A stretch of DNA of 64,000 nucleotides from assembly GCA_965215335.1 (NCBI GenBank), contig CBDCDA010000002.1, forward strand, positions 672,001 to 736,000, given 5' to 3'. Shown one piece after another: positions 1 to 11,983 of this stretch (its first letter is position 1; each line of letters starts with the position of its first letter). The notes beneath the pieces are model-generated. The model saw nothing but the letters and a program-made list of their open reading frames with translations, made no database searches and was not told where the DNA came from. Made by a program: the position numbers and the translations under genes. This DNA comes from an uncultured Candidatus Entotheonella sp. (GTDB taxonomy: Bacteria > Tectomicrobia > Entotheonellia > Entotheonellales > Entotheonellaceae).

Positions 1-959
1 CGATGCCCAGTTCGAGGGCCGAGGTGGACACGACGCCGAGCAGCTCGCCCGAGTCGAGGGCAGCTTCGATCTGGCGCCGTTCCTCGGGCAGGTAGCCGGC
101 GCGGTACGAAGAGATGACCTCGCGCAACTCGGTATGGTGCTGCGTTGCCGAGCGATAGATGAGTTCGGTGATCACCCGCGCCCGCGTGAAGACGATCGTT
201 CGCAGCCCGCTCCGCACGCTCATCCGCAATAGGCGCGCGGCCAGGACCTGCGGGCTTTCAGCCGGATTGACGAACACCAGGTGCCGCGCCGCGGCCGGGG
301 CGCCATTGTCGGAAACGGCCTGAAACGGTCGGTTCACCAAGGTGCTGGCCAGATACTCGGGGTTGCCGATGGTGGCCGAACTAGTCATGTACACCGGCCG
401 GCTGTCATACGCGGCGCACAACCGGTTCAGTCGTCTCAGCAGGTGCAGCACGTGGGTGCCGAACACGCCGCTGTATTATGTGCAATTCGTCGATCACCAC
501 ATAGCGAAGCCGCGCCAAGAACGCCGCCCACGCCTCGTGGAAGGCCAGCAGCCCGGCGTGCAGCATGTCCGGCGTGGTGATTGAGCACGTTCGGCGGCGC
601 GGCACGAATCTGACGGCGCCGGCGCGCCGGGGTGTCGCCGTCGTAGATGTCGACGCTGAGGCCGCAGTCCAGGCGCTGCAGCAGGGTATGCAACTCGTCG
701 TACTGATCCTGCTCCAGGGCCTTGAGCGGGAAGACATAGAGCGCGTGCGCTTCCGGGTTCTCCAGCAGCGTGGTGATCACCGGCACGTTGTAGACCAGGG
801 TCTTGCCGCTGGCCGTCGGCGTCGCCACGCCGGAAGGGTGGTATGATGAATAAGGGCGTCGTGCAGCACGTGCGTCTTGAGGAAGGCGACGTAGGCGGCC
901 ATCGAGTCGGGTTGGGACGACGGGGTGGAGGACACGTCGGGTAGATGCCTGTCGCTCAC
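1..959 (-). pseudogene. DEAD/DEAH-box helicase (MrfA/YprA/Hrq1-like), frameshifted; continues beyond window start
   Basis: Motif I ATPTASGKTL and FPLKALEQDQ in ORF 436..978; motif II LRYVVIDELH in a different frame (405..737); N-terminus in a third frame (777..959). Confidence 0.8.
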
Positions 960-1853
960 CTAGGTTCCTTGCGCGCATACGGTAGACTGACCTGGAGAAG
1001 CCTCCAGCCTACCAGGGTAAGCGCATATGGCGGTCATCTGGTTAAGACCTGCAACAGATAGCTGTGATCCCAAGCGGCCCGTTTGCGTCGGGCCTTGACG
1101 CCCCGCTTGTGACTCGATTCCCGTCGTATCAGGTTCAGGGCGATGTGACGCAGCACCGACATCGTTTGAGCCCCAGCGTCTTGACGAATCCGACAGTCGT
1201 CCTCGCGAAAGCTCACGTCAAGCACCCAATGGAGCGAATTCTCAACGCCCCAATGCTGCCGGACCGCTTGCGCAAAGCGCGCCGCATCACACTCAAGCGA
1301 GGTCAGAAAATAACGCCGCTCACAAGACACCACATCGCCCAGTTCCACCTGTGACTCGACCATGCCAATGCTGGCAATGTTGGCCCACGAACCCTTCACC
1401 CCCAAACACTCGATATCGCTCGTCAGCCAATAGCGGCGCGTCTCGATACGACCATGGTCGGCATCGACGCTCTGGTAATAATCGCAACTCACATCCGTCA
1501 ACCCGCTCGTCGTCACAGCGTCGAAAAGGAGCTTGACCTCACCATGGAGCGTCGCATGGTTGTCTTTTGAGAGCCAAGACATAATCCGCCCCTTGCTCGG
1601 CGATGCTGCGGGCGATCTCCTTCTGGCATCCCATGGCGTCGATTGTCACCGTTGCCCCGTCCAACTCCAACAGCCCAGGCAAGTGGGGAAGGGCAGAGAT
1701 TTCATTGGACTTGTCATCCACCTTGAGTTGACCCAAAACGAGCCGCTTGGCACTGGCCCAGGCGCTGATCATGTGCACAGCACCCTTGGCCGCAGCACGG
1801 TCAAAAGAGCGCCGCAAGGTCTTGCCATCCATGGCGACAATCTCTCCAGCGAG

Positions 1854-3380
1854 GTAAGCGTTCAGAGGGCCGTGCAATGGGAGGGGTTATCATAGAGCCA
1901 AGAGAGGTCAGGCGGACGATCGTGCATGAACGCCTCAAGGGCGTCAACCAACACCGAGAAGGTCGATTGTTCCAGTTGCCGACATGTCTGACGCAGCGAC
2001 AGACTCCGTTGCACCCAGGCATTGCCCTTGATACTCGCCGTACCCAAGGAACTCTTGCGCCACAACACGCCAAAGCGCAAGGCGCGCTCCGCCCGGTTGT
2101 TGGTCGGCTCAACTCCCGACTCGTTGAGAAACACCCACAACGAACCCAACTCGCGCCGTAAGCACCTCACCAGACGACCGCCATCATCAGGGCGCAGCCC
2201 ATAGCGTTTCATCAGACGACACAACCGCGCATACCATGCCTGCCATTGCCCCCCACTTGGCGGCGCGTGAGCCATCTGACACAAACGCTGGAGTTCCTGC
2301 AGGACCGCCTTGCCACAGGCAGCAAGGCCAGGAGCCTGTCGCTGCGACAACTCCCGGGCACGGCGAATGAGATGCGCCAGGCAGGTCTGACGAGCATTGC
2401 CCCAGGCTTGATACACCCCGTAGCCGTCACTGACCAGGATGCCGCGACAATCCTTGATCAAAGACCCGAAGGCTTCCTGCGAACGCTTGGAATGAATACG
2501 GTACAGGGCGACGGTATCCGTGACCATGCTCCAGAGCCATTGCAAGGCATGGCGGCAGTACCAGGGCGGCTCGTCAACGTAGCCCACCCGTGTCTTGCGG
2601 GCCAAGCGAGCAATGGCCGCATCGTGCGGCACAATAGCCAGGGAGGTACGGTCGATGAGACGCTGAATCGCCCCCAGGCTGATTGGCACACCCAACACCG
2701 AGCGACAGAAATCCTGTACGCCGCGCCGGGAGATGCGGTGCATGGCACTGAGTTCGCCAATCAAGGCCGTCAGACGCGGGCCATGGCCGGTTTGCTGCGC
2801 CTTGGGGAGGCGGGCCTTGAGCAGCCGGCCACAGCCTGAACATCGGCCTTGGTGCAAGACCCAGTGGGTGACGTGCAACGCCATGGGTGGCAACTCCATG
2901 ACCTGATGGAGGTGATACGGCGCTGTCTGGCCAGGTACGCCCTGGCCGCAGGCACAAGGTCCGGGATGGATGGCCCGCCGCTCGGTGGGACGGCGCAATC
3001 TGGAGCCTGACCCAGGATGGCCCATTCGTGCGCCCCGTTTGCCTGGGGGCTTGTCTTGCTTGCTGACAGGTCTTTGGAAGGGTGAATCCGACGAGGGTGG
3101 TTTGTCGGATGTCTTGGACGTGCGTTGCAAGCGCTTTTGGAGTTGGTCGATTTGTTCCTGGAGTTGGGCCAGGCGTTGGTGCAGGGTGAAGAGACAGGCT
3201 TGTACAGCCGGTGGTGTGTGCTGCCAATCGGTTTGCGACAGCGACTCAGGCGGTATCGACGGTTCCATTCGGGACTTCCTGAGAAGGGCAACGGGAGAGC
3301 GAAAAACGAGTGTGACCGTAGCCCATAATAGGGCCGTCATGCAATAGATACCTGCACACTTGGCCCCCCTGAACGCTTAC
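1854..3380 (-). mobile_element. IS66-family element with a single transposase gene, complete
   Basis: IRs gtaagcgttcag at both ends; 8-bp target duplication ccagcgag at 1846-1853 and 3381-3388. Confidence 0.95.
1862..3340 (-). CDS. IS66-family transposase (true start possibly the ATG at 3268)
   Basis: Coiled coil then SDKPPSSD, Zn-finger cysteines, LVSDGYGVY, QTCLAHLIR, VEPTNNRAERALR. Confidence 0.92.
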   Translation of the reverse strand: MTALLWATVTLVFRSPVALLRKSRMEPSIPPESLSQTDWQHTPPAVQACLFTLHQRLAQLQEQIDQLQKRLQRTSKTSDKPPSSDSPFQRPVSKQDKPPGKRGARMGHPGSGSRLRRPTERRAIHPGPCACGQGVPGQTAPYHLHQVMELPPMALHVTHWVLHQGRCSGCGRLLKARLPKAQQTGHGPRLTALIGELSAMHRISRRGVQDFCRSVLGVPISLGAIQRLIDRTSLAIVPHDAAIARLARKTRVGYVDEPPWYCRHALQWLWSMVTDTVALYRIHSKRSQEAFGSLIKDCRGILVSDGYGVYQAWGNARQTCLAHLIRRARELSQRQAPGLAACGKAVLQELQRLCQMAHAPPSGGQWQAWYARLCRLMKRYGLRPDDGGRLVRCLRRELGSLWVFLNESGVEPTNNRAERALRFGVLWRKSSLGTASIKGNAWVQRSLSLRQTCRQLEQSTFSVLVDALEAFMHDRPPDLSWLYDNPSHCTAL

Positions 3381-3956
3381 CCAGCGAGCGACCCGCGCAG
3401 GCTGTCCGTCCAGTTGATGAAGCACTGGGTGAGTTCTTCCGGCTTAAGCCGAGAGAGCACGCGACGGAAGGTGTCGGGTGAGGGAATACCATGAGGCAGG
3501 TCGAGAAACTCTTTGAACCAATCGGCCTGAGCCTGACCGTACTCCTCCATATCTTCCCACATATCTTCCCAGCCCTCGGCGCCGCTGATAACGGCACATA
3601 GGGCAATCACGAAGATGTCAAACAAGGAGTGTCGGATGCTGGGGCCGCGCGGATCACTGACCGAGGCAAAGTGATCCAGGAGTCGAGACGATGCGAGTTT
3701 TTCCATGCCCAGTTCTGCTCCAGGTTGAGTGTCCTGACACGCGATGACTCTGCATAACCTGAATCAGAACGCTGGGCAATCCTCATATGCGCTTACCCTG
3801 GCGAGACCGCCCAGCCATTTGAATTCGTCCATTCCTGTGTGCTATATTCCCTCAAGATTCCAGGAAAAGCGCGCTGTTCACGCCGCACACGTGGGTTCAA
3901 GGCGAACCAGACCCCGCTTGATACTGTCCGCGTAATGCAAGGAAAGGAGATGTTGG

Positions 3957-4268
3957 ATGATCACCATCACGGAAACCGCCGCTGAAAAAATCAGGGAGTT
4001 GACCCCCGATCCCAAGTACGCCCTGCGCATGCGGGTCGTTGGGGGCGGCTGCTCGGGTCTGCAGTACCAGATGGGCCTGGAAGACGAGCAGAGTACCAAC
4101 GACAAGGTGCTGACCAGCAACGGCATCAAGGTTCTCGTCGATATGAAAAGCGCCCTGTACCTCGCCGGCGCCGAGGTCGATTACATCAACGGCCTGATGG
4201 AGTCCGGCTTCAAGATCACCAATCCAAACGCTAAAACGACGTGCGGCTGCGGACAGTCGTTCCGCTAA
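3957..4268 (+). CDS. A-type Fe-S carrier protein (HesB/IscA/ErpA family)
   Basis: GGGCSGLQY and NPNAKTTCGCGQSF motifs; aggag RBS. Confidence 0.95.
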   Translation: MITITETAAEKIRELTPDPKYALRMRVVGGGCSGLQYQMGLEDEQSTNDKVLTSNGIKVLVDMKSALYLAGAEVDYINGLMESGFKITNPNAKTTCGCGQSFR

Positions 4269-4386
4269 CGCTCACGTCTGACACAGCCCCCACGAACGTC
4301 CCGGCGCTCTGGGGGCCGCAGTGTTCCTGCCCGCGCATCCGACCGTTGCCTCTTCCCGCATTCGGTATCCATGGAGAGCATCGCTC

Positions 4387-4761
4387 ATGTTTGACGGCTT
4401 TTACAACGCCTTCTGGTTCCTGGTCGTCGGCTGCCTCTTCGTCCTCGTAAATCTCTTCATCAGCAGCCTCATCCGCCCGGCCGACCCGCAGGAAGAAAAA
4501 CTCCTGCCCTACGAATGCGGCGAGGAATCCAGCGGCACCGGTTTCGTGCGTTTCAACCCCCGCTTCTACATCATCGGCCTCATCTTTCTCATTTTCGACA
4601 TCGAAACCGTGTTCATCTTTCCTTGGGCCGTCATCCTCAAGGGCGCCGGCCCATTCGTCCTCATCGAGATGGTCATCTTCCTGGCCATCCTGGTGGTCGG
4701 GTTGGTGTACGCCTGGGGCAAGGGCGATCTGGAATGGATCAAACAGCCGACACGGTGGTGA
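4387..4761 (+). CDS. nuoA: NADH-quinone oxidoreductase subunit A
   Basis: PYECGE, FYIIGLIFLIFDIE, WGKGDLEW; start set at the ATG after ggag. Confidence 0.93.
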   Translation: MFDGFYNAFWFLVVGCLFVLVNLFISSLIRPADPQEEKLLPYECGEESSGTGFVRFNPRFYIIGLIFLIFDIETVFIFPWAVILKGAGPFVLIEMVIFLAILVVGLVYAWGKGDLEWIKQPTRW

Positions 4762-4809
4762 GGGCACGGTGGCTTGGCGATAACGACGTGACGCAAAAGG
4801 AGATGTGTA

Positions 4810-5889
4810 TTGATCGAGTGGGTGGCATGGCTGATGCGCACGGTAGCCGAGTTTGTCCTGCCTTTCACGGTCTCCTGGACCTGGATTCCCTGGTACACCA
4901 TCGCCCTGCTGCACGTTGCCGCGGTGCTGCTGGTGATTGTTTCCCTCCTTACCATGTTTCTGGTCTGGCTGGAGCGCAAGGTGTCGGCTCACATGCAGGA
5001 TCGCCTGGGTCCGATGCGGGTGGGCGGCTGGCACGGCTGGGCGCAATCGCTCGCCGACGCGCTCAAGCTATTGCTCAAGGAAGACATCATCCCGGCGATG
5101 GCCGACAAGCCGGTGTTCAAAATCGCCCCATTGCTGATTTTCGGGGCGACCTTCATGTCCTTCGTCGTCCTGCCGTTCAGTCAACACATCATCGTTTCCA
5201 ACCTGAACATCGGTATCCTGTACATCTACGGCATCTCGACGGTGGTGGTCGTCGGCATCATCATGGCGGGCTGGGCGTCCAACAACAAGTGGTCGCTGCT
5301 CGGCGCCATGCGGTCGGCGGCGCAGTTGGTAAGCTACGAAATTCCGGTCGGCCTGTCCCTGCTCGCCGGGGTGGTAATGGCGGGGTCGCTGAGCACGGTG
5401 GAAATCAGCCTGGCGCAGAGCGGAGGCGTCTGGAACTGGTTCATCTGGCGCTGCTTCCCGTTCGGCTTCATCGCCGCCATTGCGCTCTACATCGGCGCGC
5501 TGGCGGAAACCAACCGCACGCCGTTCGACCTGGCCGAGGCCGAGTCGGAGCTGGTGTCCGGCTACCACACCGAGTACAGCGGCTTTCGCTGGGCCCTGTT
5601 CTTCCTCGCCGAATACGCCAACATGTTCGTGGCCAGCGCCCTCGTCGTGATTCTCTTCCTCGGCGGCTTCTCGGGCCTCATCCCCATCGGCTTCATCCCC
5701 GACTTCATCGCCGGGCCGTTCTGGTTCCTCACGAAGACGCTGTTCCTGGTCTTCGTGATGATGTGGATTCGCTGGACGCTGCCACGCCTGCGTGTCGACC
5801 AGCTCATGGGCATGTGCTGGAAGTACCTGATTCCCATTGCCCTGGTCAATCTGGGGGCGATCGGCCTGTGGACCTCCTTGAGCGGCTAA
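4810..5889 (+). CDS. nuoH: NADH-quinone oxidoreductase subunit H
   Basis: [47 protein letters not shown]. Confidence 0.96.
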   Translation: MIEWVAWLMRTVAEFVLPFTVSWTWIPWYTIALLHVAAVLLVIVSLLTMFLVWLERKVSAHMQDRLGPMRVGGWHGWAQSLADALKLLLKEDIIPAMADKPVFKIAPLLIFGATFMSFVVLPFSQHIIVSNLNIGILYIYGISTVVVVGIIMAGWASNNKWSLLGAMRSAAQLVSYEIPVGLSLLAGVVMAGSLSTVEISLAQSGGVWNWFIWRCFPFGFIAAIALYIGALAETNRTPFDLAEAESELVSGYHTEYSGFRWALFFLAEYANMFVASALVVILFLGGFSGLIPIGFIPDFIAGPFWFLTKTLFLVFVMMWIRWTLPRLRVDQLMGMCWKYLIPIALVNLGAIGLWTSLSG

Positions 5890-5944
5890 CGCCTGTGCCC
5901 GGCAACCCTCTTGCAACAGCCGGATCTCCCTTCAGGAAGCAACC

Positions 5945-7555
5945 ATGGCAAAAAAGCTGACGATTGACGGCAAGGAAATCACCGCGCGGGACGGTGCTAC
6001 CATTATCCAAGCGGCGCACGAGGCCGGTATCGTCATTCCTCACTATTGCTATCACCCCAAGCTCAGCGTCGCCGGCAACTGTCGCATGTGCCTGATCGAG
6101 CTCGAAGGCCGCCCCAAGCTCGAAATCAGCTGCAACACCCCGGTGGCCGACGACATGGTGGTGTACACCAGCTCGCCGAAAGTCGTCGAGGGCCGTCGCG
6201 GCGTGCTGGAATTCCTGCTCATCAACCACCCCCTCGACTGCCCCATCTGCGACCAGGCCGGCGAGTGCGGCTTGCAGGATTACTACATGTCGTATGGCCT
6301 GTACCAGAGCCGTTTCCAGGAAGAAAAGGTGCACGGGCGCAAGGTGGTCGACTTCGGTCCCGACGTTGTCTTCGACTCCGAGCGCTGCATCCTGTGCACC
6401 CGCTGCGTGCGCTTCTGCGACGAGGTGACGCACACCAACGAGCTCGGCATTTTCGAACGCGGTGACAGCGCCCGGATCGCCACGTTTCCCGGCAAGCAAC
6501 TGGACAACCCCTATGCCGGCAACACGGTGGACATCTGCCCCGTCGGCGCCCTGACGAGCAAGGACTTCCGCTTCAAGATTCGCGTCTGGTTCCTGCAGGA
6601 AACACCCTCGGTGTGCCCGGGCTGCGCGCGCGGCTGCAACATCAACGTGCACCACCACGACGGGCGGGTGCACCGCCTGAAACCGCGCCGCAACGACGCG
6701 GTCAACGACACCTGGATGTGTGACGCCGGGCGCTTCGGGTACAAGGCGCTACACGAAAATCGGCTGCTGGAAGCCGCCGTGCGGGACGAAGCGGGCGAAC
6801 TGGCGCCGACCTCGATGCAAGAGGCCTTGGCAAGAGCCGCCGATCTGCTGCGCGACCGCGACCCCGCCACTATTGCCGTGCTGGCCGCCCCGCAGGGCAC
6901 CAATGAAGATTGCTATCTGCTGGCCAGGCTGACAACCGAGGTGCTGCCCGGATGCCAGGTTGCCGTGGCTGCCGGCGAGGCGGGCGATGAAGACGATTTT
7001 CTGCTGCGCGCCGACAAGAACCCCAATACGCGCGGTGCTCAGGACATGGGCCTGCCGGCGCCCGCTTCCCCGGACGATCTGGCGCAGCTGGCTGCCGCCA
7101 TCGAAGGCGGCAGCATCAAGGTGCTGGTGGCCGTGGATGTCGATCTCAAGGCCGCCTTCGGCGCCGGGACCTTCGCGCGTCTGGCGACAAGACTGCAGCG
7201 TCTGGTCGTGCAGGGATCGACGACGCGTCCGGGCTGCGAGGCGGCGGAGGTGCTGTTGCCGTCAGTCGCCTACGTCGAACGCGACGGCACCTTCACCAAT
7301 TTTCAGGGCCGGATTCAACGGCTCAACGCTGCCTTTGCGGCGCCGGGCGTTTCGCAGCCGGCCTGGCGCATATACAGGCGGCTTGCCAATCTGCTCGGGG
7401 CCGACTGGCATTACCCGAATCACGAAGCGGTCTGGGCAGACATCGCCGATGCCGTTCCCGGCTACGGCGTCGATTACGCCGCCATCGGCGACCAAGGCTG
7501 CCTCACTTCCAGCGTCGATTCCCCTCCTCCCGGACGGGGTCAGGGGAGGGTATGA
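5945..7555 (+). CDS. nuoG: NADH-quinone oxidoreductase subunit G-like (short form)
   Basis: IPHYCYHPKLSVAGNCRMC, HPLDCPICDQAGECGLQD, RCILCTRCVRFC, CPGCARGC. Confidence 0.9.
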   Translation: MAKKLTIDGKEITARDGATIIQAAHEAGIVIPHYCYHPKLSVAGNCRMCLIELEGRPKLEISCNTPVADDMVVYTSSPKVVEGRRGVLEFLLINHPLDCPICDQAGECGLQDYYMSYGLYQSRFQEEKVHGRKVVDFGPDVVFDSERCILCTRCVRFCDEVTHTNELGIFERGDSARIATFPGKQLDNPYAGNTVDICPVGALTSKDFRFKIRVWFLQETPSVCPGCARGCNINVHHHDGRVHRLKPRRNDAVNDTWMCDAGRFGYKALHENRLLEAAVRDEAGELAPTSMQEALARAADLLRDRDPATIAVLAAPQGTNEDCYLLARLTTEVLPGCQVAVAAGEAGDEDDFLLRADKNPNTRGAQDMGLPAPASPDDLAQLAAAIEGGSIKVLVAVDVDLKAAFGAGTFARLATRLQRLVVQGSTTRPGCEAAEVLLPSVAYVERDGTFTNFQGRIQRLNAAFAAPGVSQPAWRIYRRLANLLGADWHYPNHEAVWADIADAVPGYGVDYAAIGDQGCLTSSVDSPPPGRGQGRV

Positions 7556-8061
7556 TCAAAACCATGCACAAGCTTACGTTCTGGCAGCGGCTCTACCTTC
7601 CTGAAATCCTGCGCGGCATGCTGGTCACCACGCGGCACTTCTGGGTCAACGTGCTGCGGCAGCGCTACACGATCACGCAGCAATACCCGGAAAAACCCAC
7701 CTGCGTGCCGGAGCGCTACCGCGGGCGCCACCGCCTGACGCGCAAGGAAGACGGCTCGCCGCGCTGTACCGCCTGCATGCTGTGCGCCACCTCGTGCCCG
7801 GCCCTGTGCATCCACATCGCCGCCGCCGAGCATAGCGACCCGACGGTAGAAAAACACCCGGCTTCCTTCACCATCGACGAACTGCGCTGCGTGTTCTGCG
7901 GCCTGTGCGTCGAAGCCTGCCCGTGCGACGCCATTCGAATGGATACCGGCATCTTCGCCTTGGCCGCCGAGAAACGCGAACATTTCCTCTACCCGCGTGA
8001 ACTACTGCTGGGCGACGGCGTGCCCGAAAACATCGCCGAGGGCAAGGCGCCGGCACATTAG
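7552..8061 (+). CDS. nuoI: NADH-quinone oxidoreductase subunit I
   Basis: TQQYPE and two CxxCxxCxxxCP 4Fe-4S motifs; ATGA overlap with nuoG. Confidence 0.93.
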   Translation: MIKTMHKLTFWQRLYLPEILRGMLVTTRHFWVNVLRQRYTITQQYPEKPTCVPERYRGRHRLTRKEDGSPRCTACMLCATSCPALCIHIAAAEHSDPTVEKHPASFTIDELRCVFCGLCVEACPCDAIRMDTGIFALAAEKREHFLYPRELLLGDGVPENIAEGKAPAH

Positions 8062-8087
8062 GCGGCCGCCCGGCGAGAGAGAACCTC

Positions 8088-10139
8088 ATGGTGCCCACAC
8101 GCGAGATTTACGGCAACATCGTAGGCGGCGAATGGGTTTACGCCTTCATGGCGGTGTCCTTCGGCATTCTCGGCTGGGCGCTTTGTCGACGCTATCGCCT
8201 GTGGATGCAAGGTCGCCCGGAAGACCGTCTGCACGACGTGTGGCGCCGCTGCAAAGAGATGTTGGTATACGGCCTCGGGCAGCAGAAGACCCTGCGCGAA
8301 TGGCCGGGGGCGCTGCATTTCTGCCTGTATGCCGGCTTCGTGGTGCTGTTCATCGGCACCCTCATGGTGGCGGTGCACGAAGACCTGGGCATCGAATTCC
8401 TGCGCGGACCCTTCTATCTCGTTTTCTCCCTCACCCTGGATCTGTTCGGCCTGCTGTGCCTGGTCGGTGTGGCGGGTCTCACCTGGCGGCGCTACGTCAT
8501 CAGGCCCAGTGGCCTGGATAATCGCCGCGAAGACCTCATCGTACTGGTGTGGTTCATCGCCGTACTGCTCAGCGGCTTCCTCGTCGAGGGCGCCCGCATC
8601 GGCGGCACCGAACTGCGGCAGCACCCCGACTGGGCGATCTGGTCGCCGGTGGGCGCCCTGATCGCCCTGGGATTCACCGCGGTGGACGTGAGTGAAAGCC
8701 AGTTCCTCTTCTGGCATCGCGTGTGGTGGTGGGCCCACATGGTCATCACTTTCGGGTTCCTCACGTACATCGGCTTTTCCAAGCTCAGCCACCTTATTTT
8801 CTCCCCGGTCAACCTGTTTCTGCACAAGTTCCGCGCCAACGGCGAACTGGCGCCTATCGCCAACCTGGACAAGGCACTCGAAGGCGATGAAGAAGCCTTG
8901 GTGAGCGTGCGCCTCGGCGCCGCCAGCTTGGCGGACTTTACCTGGAAACAGCTCCTCGACCTGGACGCATGTACCCGCTGCGGGCGCTGCCAGGACAACT
9001 GTCCGGCGTGGCTGAGCGGCAAGCCGTTGTCGCCGAAGTTCGTCATCCTGGACCTGCAGCAGCACATGAACGCCACGGCTGCCGCGGTGCTGCGCGGTGG
9101 CGAGCCCGACGACGTGTCGATGATCGGCGACGTCATCTCGGAGGACGTGCTGTGGTCCTGCACCACCTGCCGCGCCTGCGAGGAACACTGTCCGGTCGGC
9201 ATCGAGCACGTGGACACCATCGTCGACATGCGCCGCAACCTGGTGCTCGAGCAGGGCCGCATGCCGGAAACCGCCGAGGCGGCGCTGCGCAGCCTGGAAC
9301 AGCGCGGGCACCCGTGGCGCGGCACCCAGGAAACCCGTATCAGCTGGACCTCGGGTCTCGACATCCCGCACGTCGCCGATCATCCTGACGCCGACTACCT
9401 CTTCTGGGTCGGCTGCACCGGCGCCCTCGTTGAGCGCAACATCCAGGTCACGCGGGCGCTGGCCGGCATTCTCAAACGCGCCGGGGTCAGCTTCGCCATC
9501 CTCGGGCAGGACGAAACCTGCACCGGCGACCCGGCCCGTCGCCTGGGCAACGAATATCTGTTCCAACTGCTGGCGCAGCAGAACATCGCCACCCTGCAGG
9601 CCCACAATGTGCGCAAGATCGTCACCCACTGCCCGCACTGCTTCAACACCCTGAAGAACGAGTATCCACAGTTCGGCGGCCACTTCGAGGTCATCCACCA
9701 CAGCCAGCTCATCGACCAACTGCTCGCCGCCGGCCGCATCACCCCCACCCAGGCCAGCCGCGACAAGGTAACCTACCACGACGCCTGCTACCTCGGGCGG
9801 CACAACGGCGTGTTTACTGCGCCGCGCCAGTCGCTGGACACCATCCCCGGCTTGCGGACACGGGAGATGCAGTGGAACCAACGGCGCGGGCTGTGCTGCG
9901 GCGCCGGTGGTGGGCACGCCTTTATGGAGGTCAATATCGGCCAGCGGGTGAATCACGTCCGTACCGAGCAGGCCATCGAAACCGGCGCCGACGTGGTGGC
10001 CACCGGCTGCCCGTTCTGCATGCAGATGTTCGCCGACGGCGTCAAGGCCAAGGGCGTGGAGGAAACCCTGCGGGTGCAGGACATCGCCGAGCTGGTTGCC
10101 GAATCGCTGCCGCCCGATCCGGGGGAGACCTCGACATGA
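8088..10139 (+). CDS. Membrane Fe-S oxidoreductase (FadF/HdrD-like: TM domain, 2x4Fe-4S, CCG domains)
   Basis: N-terminal TM helices, [44 protein letters not shown]. Confidence 0.9.
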   Translation: MVPTREIYGNIVGGEWVYAFMAVSFGILGWALCRRYRLWMQGRPEDRLHDVWRRCKEMLVYGLGQQKTLREWPGALHFCLYAGFVVLFIGTLMVAVHEDLGIEFLRGPFYLVFSLTLDLFGLLCLVGVAGLTWRRYVIRPSGLDNRREDLIVLVWFIAVLLSGFLVEGARIGGTELRQHPDWAIWSPVGALIALGFTAVDVSESQFLFWHRVWWWAHMVITFGFLTYIGFSKLSHLIFSPVNLFLHKFRANGELAPIANLDKALEGDEEALVSVRLGAASLADFTWKQLLDLDACTRCGRCQDNCPAWLSGKPLSPKFVILDLQQHMNATAAAVLRGGEPDDVSMIGDVISEDVLWSCTTCRACEEHCPVGIEHVDTIVDMRRNLVLEQGRMPETAEAALRSLEQRGHPWRGTQETRISWTSGLDIPHVADHPDADYLFWVGCTGALVERNIQVTRALAGILKRAGVSFAILGQDETCTGDPARRLGNEYLFQLLAQQNIATLQAHNVRKIVTHCPHCFNTLKNEYPQFGGHFEVIHHSQLIDQLLAAGRITPTQASRDKVTYHDACYLGRHNGVFTAPRQSLDTIPGLRTREMQWNQRRGLCCGAGGGHAFMEVNIGQRVNHVRTEQAIETGADVVATGCPFCMQMFADGVKAKGVEETLRVQDIAELVAESLPPDPGETST

Positions 10140-11371
10140 CCCTGAGTCGAGTTCAGGGCAGGCCGCCGCGGCCGATCTATCTGGACCACCACGCCACCAC
10201 GCCGCTCGACAGCGCCGTGCTGGAAGCCATGATGCCGTATCTGACCGACAAGTTCGGTAACGCCTCCAGCCGCACCCACGCTTACGGCTGGGAGGCGGAG
10301 GAAGCCGTGCACCAGGCCCGCGAGCAGGTGGCGGCGCTGATCAACGCCAGGCCGGAGGAAATCGTCTTCACCAGCGGCGCCACCGAGTCGGACAACCTGG
10401 CGCTGAAGGGCATCGCCCGGGCTTACTGGCAGGCGGCCACCGTCCGCGACCGCGGCAATCACGTCATTACCACCACCACCGAGCACCGCGCCATCCTGGA
10501 CGCCTGCCAGACGCTCAAAGCCGAAGGCTTCGAGGTGACCTGCGTGCCGGTGGACCGCGGCGGATTGGTCGATCCGGAAGACGTTCGTAGAGCCATCACG
10601 CCGCGCACCATCCTGATCTCGGTGATGTACGTCAACGCCGAGATTGGCACCATTGCCCCCCTCGCCGACATCGGCGCCGTGGCGCAGGAATACGGCGTGC
10701 TGTTTCACAGCGACGCGGTGCAGGGCGTCGGCAAGATTGCCTGCAACGTGGATGATCTGCGCGTCGACCTGATGTCCATTTCCGCCCACAAGATCTACGG
10801 TCCAAAGGGCATCGGAGCGCTGTACGTGCGTAGGACGCACCCGGAGCGGATTCGCCTACAGCCGATGATCGATGGCGGCGGCCAGGAACGTGGAGTACGC
10901 TCTGGCACCGCCAACATCCCCGGTATTGTTGGCTTTGGCAAGGCGTGCGAGTTGTGCCAGGCGCAATGGGAAACGGAAGGCATCCGCCTGCGTGGCCTGC
11001 GGCAGCGCCTGCACGACGGGCTGACGGCGCGCATCGACGACGTTTATCTGAACGGCCACGCCGAGCCGCGGCTGCCCGGCAACCTGAACCTCAGCTTCGC
11101 CCACGTACAGGGCGAATCTTTGTTGCTCAGCATGCAGCATGTGGCGGCGCTGTCGGCGGGCTCGGCATGCTCGTCGGGATCTAACGAGCCGTCCTACGTG
11201 CTGCGGGCCATCGGCATCGACGATATCCTCGCCAACGCCTCCATCCGCTTCGGCCTCGGGCGCTCCACGACGGCCGAGGACATCGACGTTGTGATCGCTG
11301 CCCTGGTGGAAAAAGTGGCGCGGCTGCGCGCGCTGGCGCCCACAAGCAACGTGCAACAGACTGGGCGTTGA
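10136..11371 (+). CDS. iscS: Cysteine desulfurase (IscS/NifS group I)
   Basis: [40 protein letters not shown] overlap with the upstream gene. Confidence 0.93.
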   Translation: MTLSRVQGRPPRPIYLDHHATTPLDSAVLEAMMPYLTDKFGNASSRTHAYGWEAEEAVHQAREQVAALINARPEEIVFTSGATESDNLALKGIARAYWQAATVRDRGNHVITTTTEHRAILDACQTLKAEGFEVTCVPVDRGGLVDPEDVRRAITPRTILISVMYVNAEIGTIAPLADIGAVAQEYGVLFHSDAVQGVGKIACNVDDLRVDLMSISAHKIYGPKGIGALYVRRTHPERIRLQPMIDGGGQERGVRSGTANIPGIVGFGKACELCQAQWETEGIRLRGLRQRLHDGLTARIDDVYLNGHAEPRLPGNLNLSFAHVQGESLLLSMQHVAALSAGSACSSGSNEPSYVLRAIGIDDILANASIRFGLGRSTTAEDIDVVIAALVEKVARLRALAPTSNVQQTGR

Positions 11372-11983
11372 ATCGGCTGAACGCATGATAACACGGGCGG
11401 GTGTCCGGCCCGCCCCTTGGTATCCCTATCGTCATGGCGATCATCATTCCAAATCTCAATCAGAGTCACACGAAAGCGACGCCCGGTGAAAGGCGGTTCG
11501 CGTATCGGCTGGAGCGCCTGCTCGAAGACGATATTTGTGCTTCTACGACGTACCCGTGGGGAAGCGGCGGCGCTACCCGGATTTCATCATCCTGCATCCC
11601 GGCGCGGGCTATTGTTCCTGGAAGTCAAGGACTGGAAACCGGGTACCATGAGGCGTATCGATACCAGAACATCGAGTTGTTCACCAGCCGCGGCTTGCAA
11701 ACCAAGGTCAATCCGGTCGAACAGGCGTGGCAGGGCGCCCACCAGACCATCGACATGCTCAGATGCGATCCGGATTCGCGGGAGAAACAGGGCAGATACA
11801 AGGGGAATCTGCTGTGTCCCCTATGGCTATGGCGTGGTATTGACGAACATTTCCCGCAAGCAAATCCAGGCTGCCGTGCCGGATGACGTTTCCGAACGTG
11901 TACTGCCGGGTCACCTGCTGATCTGCCAGGACGAGATGCTGGAGCATACCGACCCGGAAGCGTTTCAGGAACATCTTTGGGGA

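Larger units (their letters stand above)
1034..3706 (-). pseudogene. ISAs1 transposase, split by IS66 and frameshifted near 1570
   Basis: Motifs PHGIPSPDTF, VAMDGKTLRRS, KSNEI, TIDAMGCQ, HGRIETR, HWGVENSLHWVLDVSFRED. Confidence 0.9.
1013..3800 (-). mobile_element. ISAs1-family IS interrupted by IS66
   Basis: Terminal IRs cagggtaagcgcatatg (1013) and catatgcgcttaccctg (ends 3800); transposase pieces at 3381..3706, 1539..1853 and 1034..1582. Confidence 0.9.

Noticed and set aside
7520..7550. Isolated REP-like hairpins (also near 11394 and 53222)
   Set aside because: Single degenerate copies with no family evident within the window
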